From: Verrucomicrobiia bacterium | Lineage (GTDB): Bacteria > Omnitrophota > Omnitrophia > Omnitrophales > Aquincolibacteriaceae | DNA length: 64,000 nucleotides | Direction of reading: 5' to 3' | Assembly (NCBI GenBank): GCA_035495615.1 | Contig: DATJFP010000088.1 | Span: 41,763-105,762 of the forward strand | In this document: positions 12,201-27,200 of the stretch, in pieces | Position numbering within the stretch: the first letter of the stretch is position 1 | How the letters are laid out: each line of letters starts with the position of its first letter | The notes under the pieces: generated by a model | Seen by the model: only the letters and a program-made list of their open reading frames with translations | Told to the model about the DNA's origin: nothing | The model's database searches: none | Position numbers and translations under genes: made by a program

Positions 12201-15200
12201 GTTGTAGAGGCTGCCATAGCGGCGGTCGAAAATCCGGTCCGCTTCCGAACGCATCTCTTCCTGGTCCTGCAGCCGGATATGCGCCGGCGCGTCTTCGGCG
12301 TTCGCATCCACGAACTGGTTCATGAGGCGTTCCCAGAGCGGCGCGACAAATTTCGGCGCAATGAGCGTGATCATGACCTGGAGGAAGATCGTGACGGCGT
12401 AAAGGGCGTAGAAGACTTCGGAAACGCCCGGGATCATGACGCTGATGAAGCCGATGAAGAGCAGCCGCTTCCAGATCGGCTCGCCGATGATGCCGCGCAT
12501 GACGAGGTTGTTCGGGTAGCGCGAGTATTCACTCGTGTTCCAGTGGCCGAGGAAACGCAGCGCCACGTTCGTCACGTCGAAACGTTTCCAGATGCTGACT
12601 TCGCGTTTGTGTTCGTCCGGGAAGTGCGCGGGCGTGCCTTCGGTGATCGGAACGTCGGTGAGCAGCGTGGCCGCGACCGGCAGCATGACGTTGCGCTCGG
12701 TGTCGGGCTCGGCTTCGTAGATGTTCGCGGACGATTCTTTTTCGTCGTGCGATTCCCAGATTTCCGGGTCCGCGGGATAGTCTTTCATCATTTCCGGGAT
12801 GAGGCCGTCCATGACGTCGGAACGCATGCCGAATTTACCGAACGCGCGGCCGCGTCCTTCGGTCGCGAACAGGACCACCTGGAAGAAACGCAGGGTGGCC
12901 TGGGCCACGCCCTTCAGGAAGGTGTACTGCGCGTCGCCCCAGTTCGAGTACTCGATCCACGGCTGGTACATTTTGTACTTCGCGTTGTTTTCCGAGTGCG
13001 ACATCTTCTGCACCGTGCGCAGCGCCGTATCGCGCGGCCACACGTTGTCTTTGTCCGAGATCAGGTGGTTCTTGATGCTGTTGACCGGGTCGCCGATGTT
13101 CAGCGGATTGCCGCGGTATTCGCCGTAATAGAGCTGGCCGTGGGCATTGCGGCGGAAGTAATCGCGGCCGGTCATGTCCGGCCCCGTGTCGCCGTGCGTG
13201 AGGTAGCGGTTCAGGTTGTAATACGACCACGGCTTTCTCACCTGCGACTGGCGCGGGAACACGTAGAACTTGTCTTTGCCGAAATCGCGCCACAACTCGT
13301 AGGCCAGGCGCGCCGTGCGCTGCTCGCGCGGGTCGCTGAGCGCGAGGAGGCGCGACATGTCGCCGTTGGCCGCGGCCCAGCCCGCGTCCAGGATGCGCTG
13401 GATCTGCGGCCACTGGCCGTCGGAAGTACCGCCGTCGAAAATGACGCGCATGTTGTGAAGCGGGTCCGGATCGTCCGGGTCCGCGGTGTCGAGAATGCCC
13501 TGCATGCTCTTGCGCGCGCTGTCCATCACGATATCGAGTTCGGTGATGCGCGCGACGTAGGTGATCGCGCTCTGGTCGATTTCTTTTTTGCCGACTTCAG
13601 GCAGCCCGCGCTCCATGCTGCCGAACGAGAACATCCAGGTCACGAGGCTGAAGCCCAGCGTGATGATGATGCGCAGAAGATAGAAGGTCGCGATCACGGA
13701 AAAGAGGTTGGCGCCCAGGATCAGGTAGCCGGAGAAAATGCCGCCCTTGATCAGCGTCAGCGCCGTGTCGATGACGAGCGGGTTCTGGCTGAACATGTAA
13801 CCGAACACGTACCACAGCGTGCCGAAGAGAATGCCGGAATGGAAGAGCTGCCAGAGCGTGGCCTTGCCGAACTTGCCCACGGAGGCCGGGACGTGCAGCG
13901 TGAACAGGTGCCAGCCGAAAATCGAGATCCTTCTTTCCACGTTCGGGCCCGGAAAGTCGTTGGTCCTGCCCCAGATCGACTGCGGGACCAGCAGGTCGAT
14001 GAGCGCGCCGGTAAGCGTCGGGATAAATCCCGCGGAAACCATTTCGCCCGCGAGCAGGATCGCCAGGCCATACACGATGGCGGCCAGCGGCAGGAAGGCG
14101 GGCAGCAGGAGTTGAATGATCAGGACCGCGGCGCCCGTGATGCCGATGATCGAAAATTTCGCGACCTGCGGCCGGTAATCCGCGTCGATGACCGAAAGCA
14201 GCCGGTAGGCCAGGAAGGCCGCGGACAACAGGCCTCCGAGCAGAAGGACAGCCGGCACCAGGAATTGCGCGGCGAAATAACCGATGAGGCCCAGTGTGAG
14301 CCCGGTGAGCACGCCCATGACCGTAAGGCGCTTGCCGATGTTCGCGTACGGATTATTTTTGGCGGCTTCGCGCCAGGCCACGCCCACGCGGTAGAACGGC
14401 TTGCGCAGCGTGGAAAGGCTGAAGAGCTGCATCACAAAGCGCGCGAGCACAAGCCCCAGGATGACCAGCGCATGCGTGGCCAGTGTCCCCGGCTTGTTCA
14501 GGTCGTACAGGCTGCGGAAAAAGCCCCAGACGCCCGAACGTTCTTCTTCGGGCAGGAAGCGCTGCAGGCGGCGTTCGATCTCCTGCCGGTGCGCTTTGTT
14601 GACGCTGCGCTCGGCATACGTAATGAAAAGTTCTTCGGCGTCCGAACGCATTTCCTCGCCCGGAGGCAGGTCGCCGCGGGTCTCGCGCAGCACCTGCAGG
14701 ATACCCACCCTGCGGCGCACGTCGCCGCGGATGTCCATCAGCAGCAGGAGTTCGGTCTGCGTGAGCGCGGGAATCGAGTCGGGAACCGTCGTCGGATCGG
14801 TCGCCTGCTGGAAGTAACGGCCCGGATAAAGAATGTTGATCTGGGCCTGGGCGCTCACGATGCGCAGACGCTGGTGCGCTTCCATCACGTCATCGACAAG
14901 CAGCCGGATGTCGTTGGGCAGGAGTTCGCCGCGGCGGATTCTGTCGACCAGCGCGGCCACGATGGCCGGGTCGGTCAACGAGCGGCCGCCGAGCCAGTAG
15001 CGGGCGCGGCCGAGATTCTCGGTATCCAGCCGCGAAAGCTGCTGGCTGACGATGCGCGTGAGCTGCTGGGTCACCATTTCGTTCAGTTCGCGGTCGGTCA
15101 CGTAAGGAGTCACGGGCCGCTCGGCCAGACCAATCTTCAGCCACACGTCCGCGAGATAAAGCGCGTGATCGATCGGGAATTCGTACCAGTGCATGGCGAC

Positions 15201-18200
15201 AATGGGATCGCGGTTGAAGTCCGCGAGATCGGCGCGGGCCCGCTGAAGCAGGACGCCGCCGACCGTCGGATCGACGAGCGATACCGCGATGGCCTGGGTA
15301 ACGGCCGCTTCCCGCTTCGCGCGTTCCTGCCGGATGATGAAATCCGCGGGATTGCGCTCGAAATCCGTGACCGCCCTCTGGGCCGCTTCGAGCTGGGGAC
15401 GCAGCGATGCGTCCGCGGCCGCGAGCGGCGTGAGACGCGTGACTTCGGCCTGAAGGCGCGTGCGTTCGGCATTGATGACCTGGATCGGAACGGTTTGATG
15501 GTTGTCCCGCGCGATCTGCCGCAGCCGCTGCGTGCTGAGCTGCTGAATTTCGCGCGCCATCCTTACCCACGCCAGCAAATCCTCGAGCCTGACGCCGGCG
15601 TTGCGGGTATTGTCCGCCATCCGGTAGGCCTGGTCGTCGGTGACCGGATAGCCGGCTTCGTTGAGCGCGGTCTGGAGCTGACGCGCGCTGTCGAGCACGA
15701 TCTGCAGGTCCTGCACGTCGCGCAGGATGACCGCGTCCACGCTGAAACCCAGGCGGTTGACGACCTGCTGGCGCTGATCGGGATCGGTGAATCCCCACGT
15801 GTCGTAAAGGCGCTGCGAAAAAGCAGTGATGCGCGAGCGGTGATAAAGCGGCAGGCGTTCCCGCGGGTCGCGGGGCAGGTTATAGACCTGGCGGTAGATG
15901 CGCTCCACCTCGTTCTGGATGGTGACGTATTGCATCACGACGTCGTCGACGGAGCGGCCCTGTTCGATCATGACGTTCACGTAGTAGCTGACGTCGAATT
16001 GACCGAGCGAAGCCGGGTAGCCGCGGTCGCGGATGTCGGGGCGCTGCAGGTAGCGCTGGTACGATTCCTGGATCTTCTGGGCTAAGGTTTCCGGAGTCTC
16101 TCCCGCCGGAATGCGGCCGCGCAGCGCCGTGCGCTGGTCCGCGCGCAATGTCCAAAGGTCGCGGACGGCCTGCGTTTCGCGGTAGGTTCTGTTGCGCAGA
16201 ACCTCCGCCTCGCGCTGACGCTGCGGCATGCGCGCAATCAAGTCGAGGAGCGGCCCGTTGGTGGAAAGGCGCGGCTCAAGCAGCAGGTTGAAAATTTCCC
16301 CGCGGCCCGGACGGACGTACTGCGAGACTTCCTGGTCCGGGCCGAATTGCAGGTACACCTGGTGGCCGAATCCCGAGGCAAAGGTCTGGTCCGCCATGCT
16401 GAGACGCGCGATGAGTTCGCGCTGCGCGGCCTCGCGGTAGTTCGGCGACAGCGCCTGGAATCCGGGCATCCGCATGATGCGCGTCCAGGCCGCGGACACG
16501 CGGTCGGTCGTGGCCTGGTCCGGCACTTCATGGAAGATGTTGGCCCAGGTCCACAGCAGGCGGCGCTCCATGTTGCCCTGCGGCCCGAGGTCGCGGTAGC
16601 TGGAGTCGCCGCGCGCCACGACTTCGAAGAAGCGCCGCATCTGGAAAATCTGCACGGGGTTCATGGGCTCGCTGGCGGCCCTGCCCTCGCCTTCGCGGCG
16701 GAAACGCTGCACGGCCGAGCTGATGTTGAGCGCGTCGATGAAGACGTGCAGGTATTCGTAAGAAGCCTTCTGGATGTTGAGCACGTCCTGGAAATATTCG
16801 ACGATCCACTGGCGGTCGCGGCCGAGCTCGTGCATGCGCACGACAAAACCGAGGCGCTGCCACGGGTCCATGACCGGGAACTGGTCGGCGGCCGCATCCC
16901 CGTAGGTGCGGCGGATTTCCTCGATGGCCAGCCTTTCCTGCTCCATGACGAAGCCGTCGTCGCGCAGGAGGCCGGCGATGATGTGGACGCTGGCTTCTTC
17001 GCTGTCGGAAACGATCCGGGAACGGACGAGCGTGATCCACGACGAGAGGTCGGCGAGTTCCAGGCGCTGGTGCACGCCGCCCTGGCGGTGATAGCGCATG
17101 TACACGGCCTGCAGCAGCATTTCCGTGCGGCCGCGGTCCATGAAGAACTGCCGCGCCTGGTCGATGTCCGCGAACTGGAATGGCTGGCCGGAAAGGCTGT
17201 AGCTGCGCATCTGGCCGCGCTGGTCGCGCAGGAACTGCGTGGCGAGCTGCACGGCGTCGCCGGGCAGCACCATTTGCTGGCTGAGACCTTCCCGAATGTC
17301 GCGGTCCGGATTGCCGAGGATCAGGTCGACCAGGCTGGGGTTTTCGGCGGAGCCTACCAGGTCGTCGTCGGTCACCCACGCCGGGCGCGGCGCGGTGCCG
17401 GCGCGCCAGGCCTGCAGCTCGGTGACCAGGCCGGGCCGCGTCGTGAAGCCGGAATCGTTCTGGGCCGAGAGGCGCCGGACGTTCTGGGCGAACTGGACGA
17501 GCTTGAAGAAATCCTCGATCGTGAAGCGGGTGCCGAGAAGCTGGGCGTAGGAGCGGTCCGTCCCCTCTTCGGGGATCTGATAAGTGCGGTAATAATAAAG
17601 GTAGAAGTACTTGACCTCACCGTCGGTCAGGCCGCCGTTGCCGCGTCCGGGCCAATGATCGCGCGCGGCGCTCTGGACGCGGAGAAGATCGGTCATGGTC
17701 TGCGTGATGTCCGCGGCCGGGAGGTCGATCCTGCGGTTGACTTCCTCGATCATGCGCACGCGGGAATCGAAAAGGCCCCACATGCGGCCGCGGTCGGCGG
17801 GGCTCATGGCGCGCAGCGCGGCGTCCGAAGCAAAAGGAGCGACCAGCGTGCCGAGGTTGATGCCCTGGTAATACTGCACCAGCTGCGGGCGCAGGTTGAA
17901 GATCATGTGCGCCAGATTGCGAGTATGCGCCGTGAACCGCTGCACGTCGGAAAGCGGCGCTCCCGTCGTCACGAAGTTCTCCTTGCGCGCTTCGATGGAC
18001 AGAAACGCGGTATAACCGATGAGGAAGTTCCAGCCGTCGTCCGAGCGGTAAAAGCTGTTCAGTCCCGTGATGGAAGCGCCGCGCGTGCGGGCCGCGGCCG
18101 CGTCGCCGGTATCGTTGAAGAGCTGCAGCTGCCCGACCGTGCGGTAGAAATCAAGGCGCGCGGACGGATTGGCGTCGATGGCGGGCAGGACGCGCAGGAC

Positions 18201-21200
18201 GTCGTCGACAATGCCGCTCGTCGCGCGCCAGCTCGCCTGGTAATCGACGAGATATTCCGTGCGGAACTGCACCCAGCCGAGCACCGCGCCGAGCGTGCGG
18301 GGATCGCTGGCAAAATTTTCACCGACCGTGAGCCGGTTGTCGCCGCGGCCTTCGAGGCGGAAATTCAGGAGCCGGTCGGCCTCGCGGAGAGCTTCGGCGC
18401 GGCGCGTCGGATCGCGGAACACCCACTGCAGCCGGGGAACGCGCAGGCGCACCTTTTCCATGTAACGCGTGAAGAGTTCGTCCCAATGCCGCTGGATCTG
18501 CGCGTTGTTCCAGCCCGGCTGGACGCGGGCTTCAAGCGCGGCGCCGGCAAGGAAACCGTTCAGGAGGCCGCTCGCCTGCTGGTCCGAGAAAAGACGGCGG
18601 TCGACGCGTCCGTCTTTGCCGATGTAACCGGTCAGGCGCGGCAGTTTGCCTTCGCCGAACGCGTCCGCGCCGAGAATCGCTTCATAGTACTGCTGGGCGT
18701 TGCGGAGCGCGGTGACGAGGCGGTCGTTGTTGGCGAGATAATAGTCGATCTGGCGCGTGCGCGATTCCGAAGCTTCCAGCGTCAGGGACGGCAGGCGCAG
18801 TTCAGGGCCGTCCGCGGTGGTCGGCGGAGGCGCGATCTGAGGCGCCCCTCCGAACGGCGCCCCTGCCCTCGCGGGCGGAGCGGCAACGACGCCGCGGACT
18901 TCGACGTCCGCGCCCGGCGGAATGCGGTTGGCCGTGCGCCAGGCGGAAAGCGCGTCGCGGTGCAGCATGGCGAAAGCGTCCAGCCGCGACCGTTCGCGCA
19001 AAAAGGCCATTTGCGATTCGCCCTGGCGGCCGATCAGGCCGTTCAGGCTCCTCAGGTGATTGGCCATCACGTACGTGCGTACGGCCGTGCCGCCGCCGTC
19101 CTGCGAATCAAAAGGCCCGTTGGGTCCCTGGCCCTGGAAATTGCGGATCCACGTGGCGACGGCTTCGGGATGCTGGCTCGCGAATGCCGCGACCGGCGTG
19201 ACGGTCAGATGGTCCATGCGCGGAGTGCCCGATTGCGAGCGGAACGCGCTGTTGCCCATGTTCGGATCGAAAGCGCCGAACGGACCGGAAACCGCGGACG
19301 GGCTGAAAACGCCAGGGCGCCCGTTCTGCCTTGCGTCGTCCATCATGGCGCGGAAATAATTGGCCTGCATTTCGCGGAATCCCGGAATGTTCATCTGCGC
19401 CCAGATCGGGGCGTTGTAGCTCATGCCGGACGCGCCGCCGGTGGATGTCGTCGCGACGCGCGCGGTCGAGCCTCCGGCGAAACGGTAATCCGAGGCCGTG
19501 AACGTGGGCGTCAGCCCCGTGAAAGCGCGCGAGTCGACGTCGAAGAGCGTCACGATGAGCGCGATGTCGGCGGAATCTTCGGCGAAAAGATCGGTGCGGA
19601 GATTCTCGCTCAGCGTGACGCGCTGAAGGTCCGCGCGCGGCATGAACGTCACGCGCGCCGAAGTGTGGAACAGGTGCCGGTCGCCGTTCAGCATGGCGCG
19701 GTAGCCTTCCCGCTGGGCGTTGATCGCCGCGATCGCCTGGTCGCGCAGGTCGGTCAATTCGCGCGGGATTTCTTCGCCCGCGGCGCGCAGGCGGGCGATT
19801 TCGCGGATCAGACTGCCGGCATAGCGCGCGAGCGACGCGGTGAGGTGGGCATTGTCGACGAACGAGATGTCGCCGCTTTGCGGGCGCGGGTCCGCGCGGT
19901 CGAGGTGAAGCCCGGGGATCAGCCCGTTCCAGCTCGACTGCGGGTTGCCCTGCAGGCGGACAAGCGTTTGCAAAATGAGCCGGGATTGCGCGGCCGCACG
20001 GGCGCGGTCTTCGGGCGCCACGCGGCTGTTCACGTCGCGCGCCTGGACGTGGCCGTAATATTCGAGAAGCGCGCCGATTTCGGTGGGCTGCGTGGTCTGA
20101 CGCGGCGCGGTCTGGTCCGGGCCGTAAACTGAATACGGGAAACCGGTCCTGGGATCGATGACCATGGAGCGGTCGCCGCTGCGGGCATCGAGGACGTCGT
20201 CGAACTGATCCACCAGTCGCTGCACGTCCGCGGCATCGGGAGCCGGTCCAGCCGGGCCTGCGGGTCCCGCGGGCCCCGTGTCCGTATCCATCTGTCCAAA
20301 GATCAACAAGACTAAAGGAAGCGCCATCATGCCGGCCGAGCCTGCATCCTGCACCGGCGGGCGGAGCGGCGCGAGAATCGGCGCGGCCCTGACGCCTGTC
20401 ATGGGATCCACGTCCACCTGGCGGGCGAGTTCGTGAATCGCGGCGGTCGTCAGTTCCGGCGGCATTTCCCGGCCGGAGTTGAGCACGCCGCGGAGCGCGA
20501 CGACTGAGGGTTTGATCGTGGAAACGTCTTCGCCGTTTTCTTCCATGCGGTCCGTGGCATGGGAGACGTTGCCCATCATGACGAGCGATTGGGCCCTGCC
20601 GAAATCGCGCAGGCGGTCTTCCGGCGCGCGCGCGTTGCGGGCCTGCGCCAGAACGCGTTCGGCGGCGTCCCGGTCTGCCCCCGCGTCCAGACGGTCGACG
20701 CTCGCGCTCATGGACTGATAAACCTGGATTTCCTTCGAGCTCCATCCGGACCGCGAGAGGTCGCCGACTTCGGTATGCACGCCGACGACGCCGAGAACAG
20801 TCGCGCTGAAGCGCATCACCGAGTCCGCCACCGTGATTCCGGTTTTGTCCTGAGCCCAGCCCAGGATGTCATGGCCGACGTTGATCGCGTGATGCTCGAC
20901 GAACGTGACGGGCGAAGCAACGGCGTTGGTGACGTCGACGTTATCGCCGCGGATCTGCGTGAAGACCCAGGAAGTGCCCTTGCCGATGTATTGCGCGAGG
21001 CCGTAATCGTGGACATTGCCCTGGGCGTCGGGATGACCGCCGGCCAGCACCGCGATTTCCGCGCCGACCGTCAGCATCATGCCGAAGGTACGGATGAATT
21101 GCAGCCAGAACTTTCCGGATGACAGGGTCCGGAACAAGCCAATGGCAGGCGCGTACGCGAAGCGCTGTGCGAGCGTCGGAATGATTACGGTCGGAGGCGC

Positions 21201-24200
21201 GCGGGGCGCGGCAGGCGGCACCGCCTCGACGGGCCGAGGTTCGTCGGCCATGCCGAGCAGCGCGCGAAGAACGCGCATTTCCGAGTCCACGCTGTAACGG
21301 ATGAACGGTTCGAGCGCTTCGAGCGAACGGTAGATGTCCGCCTTCTGTTCCGTGGAGATGCCGCTGTCGTCCTGCGACGCCTTCAGCATGAAATTCCGCA
21401 CCGCGCCGTAATCGAGCGATTCCAATCCTTTGAGCGCGGGCATCTGCGCGAGCAGGAGGCCGTCCAGGTACTGGTTCGAGAAGGACCGCGCGAAATTCGG
21501 AATCGTGAGGACCATGGACAGGAAAGCCGTATTAAGGAAGCCGGAAACCGTGAAGGCATGGACAAACGCCTGCACCGCGATGCCGATGATCGGAATGCCC
21601 GCCGTGCTGACCGTAAGATACGAGCCGACAAAACCCAGGAGGCTCGCGCCCGCGATGCCCGCGGGAAGGGCAAAGGAAATCAGGGCGAGGCCGAGCGCGC
21701 CGATGAGGGCCATCATGGTCCTCTTCTGGATGAATGTCAGGGCCGGGAAGACGAGCGGCTTCAAAATCAATTTTTGGACGACGCGGTAAACCGTGTTGTA
21801 CCAGCGATTGCCGTACTGGAGTCCGTTCAGGACGGACACCACCGGCTTCCAGCGCAGGAACAGGTGGTAAATCCCCTTCTCGGCCAGGCCGCCTTTGCGC
21901 CAGTCCGTGAACTGGCGGTCGTAACCCGCCTTGTTGGCGGCAAGCATGGCGCCGGCCAGCGCGTGGATCGACGAAGAACGGTCCATGGCTTCGACCGCGC
22001 TGATGATCGTATAGCCGCGGATCGTGAGCCCGCCGCGGAAAAATCCGAAAATGATCGCGCGGCGGAAATAACCGTAGAAGAACTGGTCCAGGAGGTGCGG
22101 GCCGGCCATGACAAACCAGCGCGCGATGCGGTATCCCCGGTACAGGAATCTGCCCCAGAACGTCTTGGGCTGCTCATCCGGGCCTTCGTGCGGCTGCTGG
22201 TCCGCGCGTTTGTAATGCGCTTCGAATTCTTTTTCAAGCTCCGAGTAGATGAACTGCCACTTCTTCACGTCCGGATCGTTGTAATCGAAGCCCGTGGCGC
22301 GCGCCAGGTCTTTCAAGTCTTCTTCCGAGTAGCCGAATTCCGCGCGGATGCGCAAAATGATCCGTTCCCGGTCCGGATTCACGCCGAGCTTGAGCATGCC
22401 CTGGATGTCGGGCGGCTTGCGCTCGTAGCGGCGAAGGACAGCCTGGATCGCGGTTTCGAGCGCGGCCGACTGCGTCCGCAGTTCCGCGCGCGGCATCGTC
22501 TCGTTGACGCGAAGGCCGGAACGCATGCCGGTAAAGATGCCCTGCAAAAATTCGCGGCGGCCGAAATCTCCGGCCTGGGCCATTTCAAGGGCGTTCTTGC
22601 CGAACCACAGCGCCCCCATGCCCATCCCCATGCCCTTCTTTTCCATGTTGCGTTCCTGCTCGAGGGTCTGCTCGTAAATCCTTTCGTATTCGTCGCGCCA
22701 GAAGCTGAAGTAAAGGCCCTGGTAATAGCTGTTGTCCGGAAGTTCGGCCTTGAACTGGTCGTACTCGGTCTGGAATTCGGGACGGACGAAAGAGCCGTCG
22801 GGGTTTTCGACATTCACGCCCTGCAGCGCTTTGAGGCGGCGGAAGGCGCGGCGCATGAAACGTTCGCGCAGGTCGGCGATGTCGGCGCGGCGTCCGATGC
22901 GGTTGATCGCGCGCACCATCTCCAGGCCTTCGCGCAGCACTTCGCCCACGTTACGGTCCCGCTGGTCGGAGCGGTAGCCGAGCGTCAAGATCGAGTTCAC
23001 GTAAGCGCGGACGCGCGGGTTCGAGTAATACATCTCCGGCGTGATGTTTTCCGGGATGTTCGGGTCGGTCGGGAAAAGCGTCCGGTAGAAGCCGCGCGAC
23101 AATTCACGGGCCCAGTCGAACGCGTGCTTGGTCTGCAGGGTGTCGTTCTGCGGGTTACGCAGTTCGAAAAGGAGCTGGCGGGGCTGCGTCGCGTCCGCGC
23201 GGTTGAAGCGCGTCGGATTCGCGGCGCCATCCGCGGGAACACGCGCGCGGCGGCCGTAGTCGATGAAAATGTCTTTCAGCAGCGCGACGCGGCCGAGTTC
23301 GTTGCGGTGGTCGGCTCTTGCCGCGGAGATGCGCTGGTTTCTCGCGGCCCCGTCGGCGCCCGTGATGAGCCGCGCCCTTTCGATGATGGCGTTCAGAAGC
23401 GCGCTCACTTCACCTTTGGTGATCTGCGGCAATTCGTCGAAGGACGGTTCGTCCGGCAGGACCGGCTGACGCAGCCCGAGCGCGCGGTTGCGGATGTTGG
23501 CCAGCGAAGCGACCGCGTTCAGCAGCTGGTTCAAATGGTTTTTCCCGCTCGAGGGATCCGTCTTGATCCTCTCGGGGTCGGCTTCGATGTAATCGACGGC
23601 CGCCTGCAGGCGTTTGCGGAAATTCACGACGGCGTCGCGGTTGTTGGTGTCCGCGGGCGTTTCGCGGATCACGTCCGCGGCCAGGGCGAGCAGCATGCCC
23701 ATGTTGAACGGCGCCGCTTCCATCTGTTCCTTGATGAGTTCGCGCTCCTTTTTCTTGGTGGGGTCGAGGCGCGGATTGCGTTCGACGCGCAGGACGCGTT
23801 CCTCTTCGGGAACATCCGACCAGTTCGTCCATTCTTCGTCGCCGCTTGTCCGCAGGCGGTAGATGTAGCGCTGGGCCAGCTCGTCGTTCTGCAATTCGTG
23901 CGCGATGCGCAGGTCGAGCTTCATCGTGTTGTAGTCGTAGCCGAGCGCCGAGAAATCTTCTTCGATCCTGGAGACGATCGACTGGTCGCGGAAATACGGG
24001 TCGGCGATGTTCAGCCTGCGGCCGTAAAGACGCTCGAGGTCCGGGAGCATCTCGCGGATGTTGCGCAGGCGGCCGTGGAAGAAGTCTTTGAACGCCTGCG
24101 TGACGCGGCGGTCCCCGCCCTCGCCTTCGAAAACCGGGATGTTCCGCTTGTCGGCGATCTCGCGCGTGCTGATCACCCACGCCATGCGCATGTTGACCCA

Positions 24201-27200
24201 GTACTGAAGAACCATCTGGCTCGTCCACTGCACCAGGTCGCCGCGCAGACGGCGCGTGACGCGGCGGACCCTTTCGTTGTTGCCGCTCAGGATGTCGAGC
24301 AGGTCTTTTTCGAGCAGGCCCGCCTCGCCCAGGATCGGAAAATACTGCGCGCCCTGGCTTTCGACGATGGCGAGCGCGGCTTCGAACGCGCGGCGGTCGC
24401 CGGCATTGCCGCGTTCGATCATGTCGAGCAGCTGAAGGGTTCTTCCGATTTCGGCCCCAAACGGATGCGGGAGCCTGCCGACACGGACGCGCTCGCGCAG
24501 CCACGCTTCCAGCGCGTTGTACTGGTTCTGCGCCTGGACGTTGTTGGGAATGAGCTGGCCGCCGCGGTCGATCGTAAAAATGGTCTGGGCATTGCCGGTC
24601 ATGAATTGCGGCACGTACAATTCGAAGAATTCGCGGCCGAAGACGTTTTCGTACATCTGAGCGAACCCGTCGTTGCTGATGTCGTACGGCGCCGGCCGTC
24701 CGTCGCGCGGCTGCTGGTCAGGAAGCTGGGCCCGGTAGAGGTCGAAGAAGTCCGCGTTGGTCTGGCGCAGGGCCGCGTCTCTTTCCGCCAGATTGCGGAT
24801 GTTTTTAGCGCGGCTGTATTCGGGGGTCAGGAACAGCATGTCCCCGAGTTTTTTGCTCATCTGGTTGTAAAGCGGCTCCTTGGTCTGGTCCACGCGCGCG
24901 GCGACAGGCTGCGGCGGCGGATACGGCGTGGCGACCCAGCCTTCGCTGAAATTGTACAGGCGCGGCTGGTCCTGACCGAGCTGTTCGAGCAGCGTCTTGA
25001 ACTGCTGTTCGTGCGGCTGCAGCGCGGTGGCTGTTGTGGGCGGCGGTGTCGCGCGCCCGCGGAACATGTGGAAGACCTGGCGCAGGCGCGTGATCTGCGA
25101 CTGGCCGGGTTCGCGGCCTATGGCTTCCAGGCCCGTGCGGTAATTCTGCTGAAGCTGCTGGTACGTCGTGGTGGTAAGCGTTTCGCGGCCCTGCGGCCCG
25201 AGGATCGTGAGATTCTGGCCCGACGTATTCCACACGATCACGGCGCGGTTTTCCGCGAGGCTGGAGATGAACGTGTCCCGATCGATGTAAGAATAAGCCG
25301 TCCTGGCAAGGTTGCCTGCGACGTTCAAAAGAAGGTTCGGCTTGAGCTGGTCTTTCAGCTGGTCCACGGCGGCCTTGAAGCCGATGGCCGCGTCGCGGGC
25401 GATCGCTTCTTCATCCTGCGGCTGGAAAAGCGTGAGGCCCAGGATGATTTCGGGCGAAGGCCGGATGTAAGGCACGTCGTTTCTCTGGAAGAGTTCGTAC
25501 TGGTTCGAGGCAATGATCTGCAGGGCCTTGTTGCGCGTCGGCGTGTCGTACAGCGAGTCGCGGGCGCCGCCGCGCACCCGCAGGGACGCGAGGCTGGCCA
25601 GCTTATAAGTATTAAGGAAGTCCAGGTCGTGGTTCGCGTACACCATCCGGGTCATGGCCACCCTGTAAGCTTCTTCGCGCAGGAAGTCGACGAGTGATTG
25701 TTCCGACTCGATGCGCGCGGCTTCCTGGGGCGCGCGGTAGTACACCGTCGAGGAACCCAGCTGCGCGGAATTGATGAACGTGGAATAACGCGTGACGCGC
25801 GGGGCGCCGTGCACGGCCAGGCTCCGGACCTGATAAGCCCGGTAGAACGTGTCCGCTCCCGACAGATGCCACCACGGCAGGAGCGCGGCGACCGGCGTTT
25901 CGGTGACTTCGGACATGATCACGTCGCGGATCCTCTGGGCCCTTTGCCCGGCGAGGTCTCTGACGGCTTCGCTCAGGATAAAGCCCATGTAGCTGGAGCG
26001 CGAAACCTTGGAAGCGAGGTTCAGGACTTCCCACTGCTGGTCGAGCTGGCCGCGCTCGTCCTTGTCGCTTTCCAGGTCACTCAGGAAGATCCGGCGGAAA
26101 GACTGGAAATCCGTTTCGTTCAGGCGGCGGAGAACCGTCCGCAGATTGCGGCCATCGCGCCCTTTGGCGGACGCGACCATCGACTGCAGGAGCAGGATGC
26201 GTCCCACGCGCTGGTTGCGCGTGATGTCCGTGGCATTGTCGGCGGAAAGGTTCATGCGGGCGAACAGGCCTTCGAATGTTTTCTTGAGCCAGTCGTATTC
26301 GTCGAAGCTGCGCGGATCGTTCCGGTGCAGCGCGGCCACTTTGTCCTGGTTGTCCGCTTCATGCCGCAGCAGGCGTGTACGCAATTGCCGGCTCTCGAGA
26401 CGGATGCGGTTGGCCGGAGCTCCGGTCACGCCGCTCGGAATCACGCCTAAAGCGCGGAGCAGGTTCTGTTCCGGGTTGCGGCCGTCTTCGTTGCGGAAGA
26501 CCGGGAAATTACGGATGGGGTCGATCGCGGTCGGATAGACCGACTTGTCATCGTCCAGGTAAAACTCCTTCAGGAACTGGCGGACGAGGTTGAGTTCGAT
26601 AAGATCCGCGGTCTGGGTGAAAGTATCGTCGGCCTCCACGGTGAAGCTCCGGCGGTTGTTCCCCTGCGTGATCCAGTGATTGACGCGTCCCGCCTCCGGC
26701 AGCGTGGGCATGTGGCTGACCTGGCGCACGGCCGTGGCTGTCACCGGCGTTTCCGGCGAGCGGTTGGCAAGGAATTGCTCGCGTGCCGTTTCCGGCTCAC
26801 GCCTCGGTTCCGGGCGCAAAAAGCCCAGGCCCGGCGGCGGCGGAAGAAGATCAAAACGCGGCATCAAAAGTTCCGGATCGATCTCCGGCAGCATGATGTC
26901 CGGCAGCGGAGGCGGCTCGATCGGGCGCGGACGAAGGAGTTCGTCGAGCGACGGATCGAATTCCAGCGGCGGCGCATTCGGGTCGATCGGGCCCGGGCGC
27001 AGCATGATGTCCGGATCAAAATCAAGGAGATCGGGTTCCACGTCTCCCGGCTGTCCCGGCGTGGGCGTTGCGGCCTGCTGGGCCGCGCGCTTGGCGCGCT
27101 CCTTATTCCAGATGTAGCCGCCCGCGATCACGGCCGCGACGCCCACGACGGCGCCCGCGATGATGATGTTGCGGCGGTTGACTCCCCGCTGGCGCTTGGC

